This document shows, in pieces, positions 1 to 9,087 of a DNA stretch of 64,000 nt (position 1 is the first letter of the stretch; the number at the start of each line of letters is the position of its first letter). A program made the translations under genes and the position numbers. Source of the DNA: Planctomycetota bacterium. GTDB taxonomy: Bacteria > Planctomycetota > UBA8108 > SXIK01. The notes under the pieces are model-generated. The model was not told where the DNA came from. It did not search any database and saw only the letters and a program-made list of their open reading frames with translations. The stretch spans positions 2,048,001 through 2,112,000 of the forward strand of contig OZ244999.1 in assembly GCA_965223265.1 (NCBI GenBank). Direction: 5' to 3'.

Positions 1-190
1 GTGCCGTGCCGCGACGTTTTGCGCGGCGTACAGCATGCGGCGGTTTCCGCGCAGCCCTGTCCGTGTGGGCCTGCTGCCCCTGACGTCTGCCGACGAATTC
101 GGGTTGTCGCCGCGCTGCCGATGGTGACTTAGGTCTCTTCTGAGACCTCGTTCGCCCTCGTCGCCCGTGAGAACCAGCTGTCTGTGCTCA

Positions 191-410
191 AGGAAAGGAG
201 AGCGCCGATGCTGCCGGTTCGAGGTGAACAGACGCCTCCCGCTGCGTTGAGGAGCGCCGGATTGGCCGAGCAAGGAGGCCTTCCGTCCGCTCAACCCGCT
301 CCTCCCATCTCGTGTTGCGCCGCCGAGCTGGTGGCGCCACGTTCGTGGTTACGGTCGAGTCATCGAGCCGCGAGCAAAGAGCGAGTCGAGCCCGGCGCAG
401 CTGCGTTCCT
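191..410 (+). ncRNA. Candidate 6S RNA (SsrS)
   Basis: About 190-220 nt non-coding segment directly upstream of rny. Its 5' part (GCTGCCGGTTCGA, 210-222) can pair with its 3' part (TCGAGCCCGGCGCAGC, 386-401) to close a long rod. 6S RNA upstream of rny is a known arrangement. No covariance model was run. Confidence 0.45.
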
Positions 411-439
411 ACCCGACGTCAGCGAAAAGGGAGTCAGCG

Positions 440-1975
440 ATGGATCCTCTCAGTATTGCGACCGGCGTTCTCGCCGGTCTCGTGGTCTTTCTTGTCTATT
501 GGTTGCGGGTGCGCTCGGCGAAGAAGACGGCCGATGAGATTCTCGCAGCGGCGAAGGTTGAAAGCGAGCGCCTGAGTGAAGAGTCTCGCAATCGCCTTGA
601 GAGCGAGCTGCGTGAAAAACGTTCGAGCGTCGACCAAGAGCTCAAAGAGAAGCGAGAAGAGCAGAACGCCTTAGAGAGGCGTGTCGAGAAGAAGGAAGAC
701 AACCTCGATCGAAAGTTCGATTTGCTCAACAAGAAAGAGAGCTATCTCGACAGCAAGGAGAAGAGCCTCGAACAGCGGTCGCGCATGATCGAAAAACGTG
801 AGCAGGAAGTCGAGCAGACGATCGAAGAGGAGAAGCAATCACTCTACAAAATCACGGAGCTCAGCAAAGACGAGGCCGAAAAACTGCTGCTTCAAAAGCT
901 TGAGCGTGAGTTCGAGCATGAGAAAGAAACCTTGATTGCGCGCACCGTCGACCGAGTGAAGGAGACTGCGGAGACCCGCGCGCGCGAAATCCTCGGGACG
1001 TGCATGCAGCGGATAGCGTCGAGCTACTGTCAGGAGATCACAACAGCGACGATCGAAATTCCGAATGACGAGATGAAGGGGCGCGTTATCGGTCGCGAGG
1101 GACGCAACATTCGCGCTTTCGAGCAGGCGACCGGTGTCGACGTCATCGTCGATGACACACCTGGGGTGATCATCCTTTCGTGTTTCGACAGCATTCGGCG
1201 TGAGATGGCTCGCCGCGCCATGCAGAAGCTCATTGCGGATGGGCGCATCCATCCGGCGCGGATCGAAGAAGTTGTCGAGGAAACAAAGAAGGAGATGAAC
1301 GAGCTGATCCAGCAGGAAGGGAAGAAGGTCGTCTACGATCTCAATCTTCCGGGTGTTCACCCGAAGATGATCACGCTGTTGGGGCGCCTGAAGTTCCGCA
1401 CTAGCTATGGTCAAAACGTTTTGACCCATTCGCGCGAATGCGCCAACCTGGCCGGGATGATCGCTTCGGAGCTCGGACTCGACATGACGTTGGCGCGCCG
1501 CTGCGCGATCATGCATGACGTCGGCAAGGCCGTAGATCACGAGATCGAAGGTGGGCACCCCGAGATCGGGGCGAACATCGCGGGGCGTTACGATGAACCG
1601 CCCGAAGTGATCAACTCGATCGCCTCGCACCACAACGACGTCCCGCAGGAGAGCATTTACGCCGTGATCACACAGATCGCGGACTCGATTTCGGGCTCAC
1701 GACCTGGCGCCCGCGGTGAAACCCTCGAACGCTACATCAAGAGGCTCGAGAAGCTTGAGTCGGTAGTTCTCAGTTTCGCCGGTGTGAAATCCGCGAATGC
1801 GATTCAGGCCGGGCGTGAAGTTCGTGTCTTCGTCAACTCCCAGAAGGTGAGCGACAAGAAGGCGCTGAAGTTGTGTCGTGATATAGCCGCTGAAATCGAA
1901 AATCAATTGACCTATCCAGGTGAAATCAAAGTCACGCTTCTGAGGGAGACGCGTGTCGTTGAGTATGCCAGATAG
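440..1975 (+). CDS. rny: Ribonuclease Y
   Basis: N-terminal TM helix, coiled coil, KH motif (KGRVIGREGRNIR), HD domain (MHDVGK), SRPGAR and IQAGRE motifs. Confidence 0.97.
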   Translation: MDPLSIATGVLAGLVVFLVYWLRVRSAKKTADEILAAAKVESERLSEESRNRLESELREKRSSVDQELKEKREEQNALERRVEKKEDNLDRKFDLLNKKESYLDSKEKSLEQRSRMIEKREQEVEQTIEEEKQSLYKITELSKDEAEKLLLQKLEREFEHEKETLIARTVDRVKETAETRAREILGTCMQRIASSYCQEITTATIEIPNDEMKGRVIGREGRNIRAFEQATGVDVIVDDTPGVIILSCFDSIRREMARRAMQKLIADGRIHPARIEEVVEETKKEMNELIQQEGKKVVYDLNLPGVHPKMITLLGRLKFRTSYGQNVLTHSRECANLAGMIASELGLDMTLARRCAIMHDVGKAVDHEIEGGHPEIGANIAGRYDEPPEVINSIASHHNDVPQESIYAVITQIADSISGSRPGARGETLERYIKRLEKLESVVLSFAGVKSANAIQAGREVRVFVNSQKVSDKKALKLCRDIAAEIENQLTYPGEIKVTLLRETRVVEYAR

Positions 1976-2049
1976 TTCGAACGAGTGGCGATGCGAAGGT
2001 TTTGTCTCGGCGCGAACACGCTTCGCGCGTCGTGATTTAGAAAGGATTT

Positions 2050-2850
2050 GTGTTGGAAGTCCGCATACTTGCGATCGGCGACATTGTCGGCAAGCCGGGG
2101 CGCGGTGTTCTCAAGGATCGATTGCCTCAGTTCGTCGAGGAGCGCGACATCGACTTCGTGATCGCCAACGGTGAGAATGCGGCACAAGGCAGCGGCATCA
2201 CGCGCAATCTGTTCAATGAGATTCGTCGCGCCGGTGTTGATTGTGTCACCTGCGGCGACCACGTCTGGAAGCGTATGGAGATCACGCAGGTGCTGGATTC
2301 CGACTCCCGACTGCTTCGGCCGCTGAACTATCCCAGCCAGGCTGCGGGGCGAGGCATTACTGTACTCGAGTCCCGAAAAGGCGTGCGCATCGGAGTGGCG
2401 ACGATCATCGGGCGAATCTTCATGGGGCCGGCAGATTGCCCTTTCGCAGCTGCCGACCATGCGCTCGAGCGTATGAAGGCCGAGACAAATATCTGTGTGG
2501 TCGAGATTCATGCCGAGGCGACCAGCGAGAAGGTGGCGTTGTCGTGGAAACTCGATGGTCGCGCGTCACTCGTATTCGGCACTCACACCCACATTCCGAC
2601 GGCCGACGCCCGAATCCTGCCGCGGGGCACAGCCTACATCACCGACATTGGGATGACGGGACCATACGATTCTGTCATTGGCCGCGACGTCAAGAACGTC
2701 CTACACAAATTCGAGACCAGTATGCACGCGCAGTTCAACGTGGCCTCTGGCAACACCCGCTTGTGTGGCGTGCTCGTCTCGGTCGACGATCAGACTGGCA
2801 AAGCGCTCAGTATCGAGCGTGTCGATTTGCCTCAAAGAGCGCGCGCCTGA
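2050..2850 (+). CDS. ymdB: YmdB-family (TIGR00282) metallophosphoesterase
   Basis: GDIVGKPGR, NGEN, HAEATSEK, GTHTH and TDIGMTG motifs; follows rny. Confidence 0.93.
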   Translation: MLEVRILAIGDIVGKPGRGVLKDRLPQFVEERDIDFVIANGENAAQGSGITRNLFNEIRRAGVDCVTCGDHVWKRMEITQVLDSDSRLLRPLNYPSQAAGRGITVLESRKGVRIGVATIIGRIFMGPADCPFAAADHALERMKAETNICVVEIHAEATSEKVALSWKLDGRASLVFGTHTHIPTADARILPRGTAYITDIGMTGPYDSVIGRDVKNVLHKFETSMHAQFNVASGNTRLCGVLVSVDDQTGKALSIERVDLPQRARA

Positions 2851-2948
2851 AGGAACGTGAAACGGTCAGCCGCAGTACTGTAGCCGGCTGCAGCAGAGCT
2901 CGGGCGTTGGCCACGAACGGAGGTCGATGTGACAGGGCTAGCTCGAGG

Positions 2949-5900
2949 CTAGGGAGCGCACGTCAACGCATCTTCTGTCGGATCGCGCCCGGGAACGACG
3001 CCGCCTGGAAGCGGGATGGCGCGATCGCCGGCGAACAAGGCCCGCAGGAGATAAACGGGGTCACTGAGGTCGGCGGTTCCGTCGTCGTTGACATCGAGGC
3101 GGTCCATGCACTCGGGAGCACTTTGGCCGCGGAAAAGGATGGCGATCAGAGCCAAGGCGTCCGTGAGGTCGATCACTCGATCGTCGTTGACTTCACCGCG
3201 CCGGAACTGTTCCGAGCCCTCACCGACGCGTAGCTGTGCAGCGATCAGGCTTGAGGTGCCTGCGGCGGTGGTGACGCGAACGACACCGCTCGCAGCCTGG
3301 CGTGGGGCTTCAAGGACGAGCCGAGTCGGTGTCCATCTGATGACACGCGAGGGTTCAACCCCTATGGTGACGCGCGCATCCGCATCGAAGCCTTCGCCCG
3401 CGAGTGACCAAGTCTCACCGAACGCGAGTTCCTCGCGCGGCCACGCATCCCACACCAAGAGGCCGGTTTCGGGCTTGCTCACGGCATTGCCGAGCGCCTG
3501 CTGCGGCTCGAAGATCGTCGATTCCGAATCGAGCAGCCGAGATCCTAACGTGCTCAGGGCTGAGGCGCTTCCCACCGCGATATAGTGGACGAGGACTTTG
3601 TGTTCACCCGGGGCGAAAGATAGCGAAAACTCTTCGCGCAGACGATCGACTGCCGGGCGCGACGTTCGGGGGGGAGGCGATGTCCGGGGGTAAACGTGTA
3701 GGAGCGCAGCGTCTCCTCGGCCCAATAGAGCCCATGAGCCCTGCCGGGACTCTGTGTTGTCGTCACTTGAAGTGTCGAATCGAGAGGTGAACGAGTCGAG
3801 GGCGACGTCGAAGTGCAGTTCCACGAGAACGTCCTGGGCACTTGCGGTGGAGTTGATGAGTTCGTCTTCGATGCGTATGAGCGGCTGCGGCCCGAGTTGG
3901 GAAGCGACGTAGCGACGTAGCGTCAGCGGGCCGACTGCGGTAGGACCGACGATGACGCCCCGATCGCCGGGTAGCGCCTTGGCGATCGCGACAGCTCCGG
4001 CGAAGTCGCCGTCAACACTGAGCACCGCGGCGTTGTCGACAACCACGGGAGTTGCAGTGGGCTCCGAAAGCGCCGTCGACGGCAGGACAAGCCATGACGC
4101 CTCGCCGGCGTTCACCACGTGCGGTAGGGTCGTCTCGACGACATCGTCCGCCGCGATCACCGGGTTGAACTGTGGCAGCTCATCGCCGTCATGAAGACCG
4201 CCTCCATCGGAATCGCCCAGCCACGGAAACGTGCCGATCTCGACCGCAGTACGGAAGGCGTAGCTCGCCGTTTCAAACCGATCACCGATGCCGTCTCCAT
4301 CGGTGTCCGAGTTGTCCGGATCCGTGCCCCAGGTGACCTCAAAGCGATTCGGAAGTCCGTCGCCATCGGCGTCGATATCTGGCGTTAGGACGCGCACATG
4401 TGACTGCCCGTCGGTCTGCACGACAGAGGAGCTGACGCGGAGCGTTGCCAACGCTGGGCGATCGGAGCCGACGCTGACGACTATCCAACCACCTCGAGGT
4501 CGTACCGTTACGGACTGAGCCGTCGGTGGCGTCACGGCATCACCGTGGAGGATGCCGGCGAAACGCGCGTCGTCGGAGAGCTCGAACACAAGCCGGACGT
4601 CCGCATCAGCGATCGTCTGATCGGAGAGCGGCGTGCCGTGGGCGTCGCGAACCGCGACGCGGTAAACGATCGGTTCGTCCACGATTCCGACGATCTCCTC
4701 GCGGTGGTGGAGAACGATATGTGTGTTCGGGAGCGTGTCGTCTGCGTCACCGATGCCGTCGCCGTCGGTGTCGGCGTTGGTTGGCGAGGTGCCGCGGTTC
4801 GCTTCTTCGCCGTCCGAAACTCCGTCGCCGTCGGTGTCGGCGCGTAGAGGCGAGGCTCCTATTGCAAACTCCTCAGCGTTTGTTAGTCCGTCGCTGTCAG
4901 GGTCAGCCGCCGCGTCGTCCGGATCGCTTGGGTCAAGTCCAGCTGCGGTCTCGAAACGGTCCGGTAGACCATCGCTATCGCTGTCGATCTGAAAGTTGAC
5001 GACGTTGGAACGATCGGCTGCATCGAGTCCCTGCAGATACGCTCCCGTCGGCGACCTGACGTCGCGCAAGATGGCCTCGACGACTCCTAAATCTTCTGAG
5101 ACAACGACGTACGACAGGAGCGATGCGAGACTCTCCGGAGACTCCGGTCCGATGCCATACTCGATCGACGCGCTCCCGATGGCGTCAACACCGATAAAGA
5201 ATGGCCGCAGGATCGCGCCAGCGCCGACGAACGCGTGGCCGAGGAACAAGTCGTTTCCCAGACGACGGAGCCGGACGACATAAGCGTCGTCATTGGCATC
5301 GAGAAGTTCATCGCCGCTCGATGTCGAAACGATCTCGACTCCGTCGAGAGACATCAGGAAGCTTTCGAACGCGACGTTGGCAACGCGCGAATCGCCTGAA
5401 AAGCTATCGTGCCACCGCAGCCATGGGGCTTCGGGATGGACGAACACCTGCCGGATCACGCCCTGCGGTGAAAAGAAATCTGCAGAAAAGAGTCTCAGCA
5501 GTTGTCCCTCCTCCGCCAGAATTCCGGTTTCGGAGACAAACAACTCGTCGTCGACTGTGAGAAGGCCGAGATCCACAAGAATCGACTCGTCGTCCATGAT
5601 GGCAGCACCTAGGGAGAGGATTTGCCACGTCCGCTCGTCCGCACCCGTGACGACTACAGGGTCGAACACGTCGACAGACACGGTGTCATCGCTGGAAACA
5701 TTCGGATCGTTACCTCTTCGGACTTCGTCACCGTCTCCTTGCCCACCGCCATCCGTATCGGCGGAGGTTGGCGATGATCCAGTGTCGTTCTCGTCGACGA
5801 AGATTCCGGTCGCCGTCTCCACCTGGTCGCCGAGTCCGTCTCCGTCGGTGTCAGCGTCGTCCGGGTCTGTCCCTCGGGCGATCTCGTCGCGATTGCTCAA

Positions 5901-8900
5901 GCCGTCGTTATCGTCATCGAGTCCTGGATCGAACGCGCGAACTGTTGTTTTGGTCTGCAATCCTTCGACGAGAAAGTCGTCGATCTGCCAGCCACCGAAC
6001 TCGATGGAGAAGTCAGATAGGAGAACGAGCACAAGGCGTCCGCGTCGACCGCGGAGAGACGACGCAGACACCCGCACGAGCTCGTAGCCTAACCGTGTGT
6101 TCGTCGACAAATCTGTGATGATCTCGATGTCTGACTGACCATCGTCGAATGCTATGATTGCGATGTCGACTCCCTCTTCCAGCTCTAGGATGTGCTGGAA
6201 GCTGATCACGGGCGAAGAGTCGACGGCGAACGCAAAGACCGGGGTGACAAGTCGGGCTTCGACGTTGGGCGGATAGTCGCCATCGATGACGGTCGCCCAA
6301 ACGTTTTGTCCTGAATGAGCTGCGGACAACTTGGGAGCTCCCCATTGCCAGACGTCAGACGTGACGCGCTCTTCGAAACCAGCAGCGTCACGCTCGAAGT
6401 CGTGCGAGAAAGACTCTTGCGGCGCGATCCCGGCGCCATCGGTGTCGACGATTGAAACCGTCAACTCGCCGGCGCTCGCGGCGCGCACGCCGACGACGAG
6501 TTCTCCTGACGCCATCTCGGCACGGAGGAGCGCCGTCCCCAGACCGCTGAGCGCACGACCGCCTTCGATGGGGTCAGTGAACACCGCCTCGACTCCTTCG
6601 AGCGCCAGTCCGAGCCGCAGCGGCTCGGTGAACGCCTCGCCGTCGACCTCCGCTCTGACGCGCACCGTAGCAGGCTCGCCGACGAGTGCAGAGACTGTCG
6701 GCGGTAACAACACCGCGATCTTCGCCGCCGGAAACGGATCGACACCATCGGGAACGCCATCATGATCCGAATCCGACAGCAGAGGATTGGATCGACCGTC
6801 CGTGGCTTCAGCGAAATCGGACAGCCCGTCGCCGTCGGTGTCCGCGTCGGTCGCTGACGTACCCAGTGCCGCCTCTTGCGCGTTCGACAGCCCATCGGCG
6901 TCGGCGTCGGCGTCAGCGTCGAGTGGATCCGTCGGGTCGAGTCCGTGAGTTACCTCGTAGAGCCCTGACATGCCGTCGCCGTCCAGGTCGAGTGCGAAGT
7001 TGACGACTTCGAGCTCGTCTCGTGGACGGAGCCCCGTGAGCGCGGCTTGCGGCTGCATGGTCAACCAATCGGCCTGGGCGCGGCTGGCGTCCAGGTGCGG
7101 ACTGAGAGAGCCGAAGTGAAGGAGTGCGCGCGTCTCTCCGGGCGCCAACTGCAGCCGGAAGCTCACTGCTGCAGCTGTACCTCCAGCGGCGAGACGCTCG
7201 GATGTCGCGCTCAGAAGGGTGGCGTCCTCGGGGGTTACCTCCGCGCCGTCGTCGCCGTAGAACCAGAGGAAGGACGGCATCCCATCGTCTGGGTCACGAT
7301 CGTTGAAGTGTGCGTACCGATCGCTCGCCAGCCAATTCACCGGTGAAGGTGACGAAGTGCTGGACTTCGTCGCCTCGACATCGATCCAGCCGTCGTGGAA
7401 AAACTCATGGCGCAGCTGCACCACGATCTCCGCGGACTCGGCAGTCACATTCGTGAACCGCTCAACGTATCGAACCAGTCCATGCGTCGGGGAAACCCAG
7501 ACGCGGCGGATCGTCTGGACTGAGTCGACGCGTGCGTCCGTGGCGAGCAATTCGCCTGCCTCGCCACTTTCATGGAGGCTCGCCGTACTCCTGAATCGTC
7601 TGCCGTCAACGTCCAGTTGGAAGCCTCCGCCGTCGGCGAATGCTTCAAGCAGTGGATCGCCGCCGAGCGTGCTTGCTGTCGCAGAGCTGAGAAGCACCCA
7701 CGCCTGGCCGCTGCCATCGATGCGCCGCGCTGGAGTCGTCACGGCTCGCGGGTCATCGGCGGAGTCGTTGGGGTCGCTGCCGACGGCAACTTCGAATCCG
7801 TCAGAGCTCCCGCCTGAGTCCGTATCGGGCGCGCGGGGATCGGTTCCAGTGCTGGAGTTATCGACGAAACGTCCCGAGCGATCCTCCACCTGATCGGAGA
7901 GGCCATCGCCGTCGGTGTCGGAGCGGCGCGGGTTCGTCTCCTGTGCGATTTCTTCTGCGTTGGTCAGCTCGTCGCCGTCTGCATCTTCGTCGGCCGCAAG
8001 CATCTCAACGCTGAGATCGGTCGACTCAAGGGAGAGGTCGTCTAAGTACCAGCCGCCACCCGGAGCGCAAGCGCTACAGCGACTCGCGGCGCGAAAACGA
8101 ATTCGTACGGCGTCGCCGGCGTCGGAAGCGTCTAGCTGGATCAACATCTCCTCAAACCCGCCGCCGTTGTCGCGGCCGAGCACGGGCTGGGGGGCTGCCG
8201 GCCCGTCGTCGGGGGCACACACGTCGGCGAGAAGGTATGGATAGCCGTCGATGGGCTCGATCGTTTCCCACGGACGATGTGGTCGAAGGATTTCGATCCA
8301 GCCGCCTCGGTGGACGCTGTTCTCGACGGCTCCGCACGACGCCGGCTCGAATTCATAGCGTGTGACCAACCGAAGCCGGGCGTCGCCTCTTGCTGGAACC
8401 TGTATCGGTACTGAGACGATCGTTGATTCACCGTCGCCGAACAGCTCGCCGCTCCACCACGCCGCGGAACCTTCTCGCACGTCGGCGTCGTCCGGCTCGG
8501 TGGCCAACGCCGTGATCATCCACCCCATGCCATCCGAGTCTCTCTCTGTCTGCCATCGCCGCACCGCATCGACGCCATCGACGCTATCGAGCGCGACACG
8601 GTGGCGGACGGCGTCGATCGACAGGCCGCCTCCAGTTTGCGACAGGAGGAATCGCAGTGGGCCTGGCGCTACTCCCCGAAGAGCGATAGCGAACTCACCG
8701 GCGATCGTCTCGCAGCCAACCACAGGTCCCCCAGCTCCGGACGTCAAAATGCCCAGTGCGGCGTTCTCGCCGAACACGGCGTTGCCCGAGACGGTCAAAA
8801 GAAAGCGGATAGGTTCGTCGATGCGTTCACCCCGATCGTCGCGAAACACGAGGTGTACGAGAGGTTCACTTGTGTCGACGAAGAAACTCGGGGCGAACAG

Positions 8901-8978
8901 AGTAGCAGTCGCCTGACCGTACGCTGGAAGACTTTGCGTCAGCAGGGCCGAGGCGATCGTGAACCACGTAACCGCCAT
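2949..8978 (-). CDS. Giant secreted Ca-binding surface protein (TSP3-like repeats, IPT/TIG-like domain, C-terminal dockerin-like domain)
   Basis: ORF 2949-9134; the start at 8978 (MAVTWFTIASALL..) gives a signal peptide and removes the overlap with the upstream gene. Many D-x-D-G-D-G-L-x-D/N motifs; tail FRRGEVNDD...DVNDDG...DPTEDALTC. Confidence 0.8.
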   Translation of the reverse strand: MAVTWFTIASALLTQSLPAYGQATATLFAPSFFVDTSEPLVHLVFRDDRGERIDEPIRFLLTVSGNAVFGENAALGILTSGAGGPVVGCETIAGEFAIALRGVAPGPLRFLLSQTGGGLSIDAVRHRVALDSVDGVDAVRRWQTERDSDGMGWMITALATEPDDADVREGSAAWWSGELFGDGESTIVSVPIQVPARGDARLRLVTRYEFEPASCGAVENSVHRGGWIEILRPHRPWETIEPIDGYPYLLADVCAPDDGPAAPQPVLGRDNGGGFEEMLIQLDASDAGDAVRIRFRAASRCSACAPGGGWYLDDLSLESTDLSVEMLAADEDADGDELTNAEEIAQETNPRRSDTDGDGLSDQVEDRSGRFVDNSSTGTDPRAPDTDSGGSSDGFEVAVGSDPNDSADDPRAVTTPARRIDGSGQAWVLLSSATASTLGGDPLLEAFADGGGFQLDVDGRRFRSTASLHESGEAGELLATDARVDSVQTIRRVWVSPTHGLVRYVERFTNVTAESAEIVVQLRHEFFHDGWIDVEATKSSTSSPSPVNWLASDRYAHFNDRDPDDGMPSFLWFYGDDGAEVTPEDATLLSATSERLAAGGTAAAVSFRLQLAPGETRALLHFGSLSPHLDASRAQADWLTMQPQAALTGLRPRDELEVVNFALDLDGDGMSGLYEVTHGLDPTDPLDADADADADGLSNAQEAALGTSATDADTDGDGLSDFAEATDGRSNPLLSDSDHDGVPDGVDPFPAAKIAVLLPPTVSALVGEPATVRVRAEVDGEAFTEPLRLGLALEGVEAVFTDPIEGGRALSGLGTALLRAEMASGELVVGVRAASAGELTVSIVDTDGAGIAPQESFSHDFERDAAGFEERVTSDVWQWGAPKLSAAHSGQNVWATVIDGDYPPNVEARLVTPVFAFAVDSSPVISFQHILELEEGVDIAIIAFDDGQSDIEIITDLSTNTRLGYELVRVSASSLRGRRGRLVLVLLSDFSIEFGGWQIDDFLVEGLQTKTTVRAFDPGLDDDNDGLSNRDEIARGTDPDDADTDGDGLGDQVETATGIFVDENDTGSSPTSADTDGGGQGDGDEVRRGNDPNVSSDDTVSVDVFDPVVVTGADERTWQILSLGAAIMDDESILVDLGLLTVDDELFVSETGILAEEGQLLRLFSADFFSPQGVIRQVFVHPEAPWLRWHDSFSGDSRVANVAFESFLMSLDGVEIVSTSSGDELLDANDDAYVVRLRRLGNDLFLGHAFVGAGAILRPFFIGVDAIGSASIEYGIGPESPESLASLLSYVVVSEDLGVVEAILRDVRSPTGAYLQGLDAADRSNVVNFQIDSDSDGLPDRFETAAGLDPSDPDDAAADPDSDGLTNAEEFAIGASPLRADTDGDGVSDGEEANRGTSPTNADTDGDGIGDADDTLPNTHIVLHHREEIVGIVDEPIVYRVAVRDAHGTPLSDQTIADADVRLVFELSDDARFAGILHGDAVTPPTAQSVTVRPRGGWIVVSVGSDRPALATLRVSSSVVQTDGQSHVRVLTPDIDADGDGLPNRFEVTWGTDPDNSDTDGDGIGDRFETASYAFRTAVEIGTFPWLGDSDGGGLHDGDELPQFNPVIAADDVVETTLPHVVNAGEASWLVLPSTALSEPTATPVVVDNAAVLSVDGDFAGAVAIAKALPGDRGVIVGPTAVGPLTLRRYVASQLGPQPLIRIEDELINSTASAQDVLVELHFDVALDSFTSRFDTSSDDNTESRQGSWALLGRGDAALLHVYPRTSPPPRTSRPAVDRLREEFSLSFAPGEHKVLVHYIAVGSASALSTLGSRLLDSESTIFEPQQALGNAVSKPETGLLVWDAWPREELAFGETWSLAGEGFDADARVTIGVEPSRVIRWTPTRLVLEAPRQAASGVVRVTTAAGTSSLIAAQLRVGEGSEQFRRGEVNDDRVIDLTDALALIAILFRGQSAPECMDRLDVNDDGTADLSDPVYLLRALFAGDRAIPLPGGVVPGRDPTEDALTCAP

Positions 8979-9087
8979 CCGATGGACGAGTCGAAGGCAG
9001 CGGCACGTGCAAAGCGTTTTGCGCCATGGGTCGCACGGCGGGCGAGATGGCGCGCGATGCGGCTTGGTGGGAAAAACGTATGGTTTT

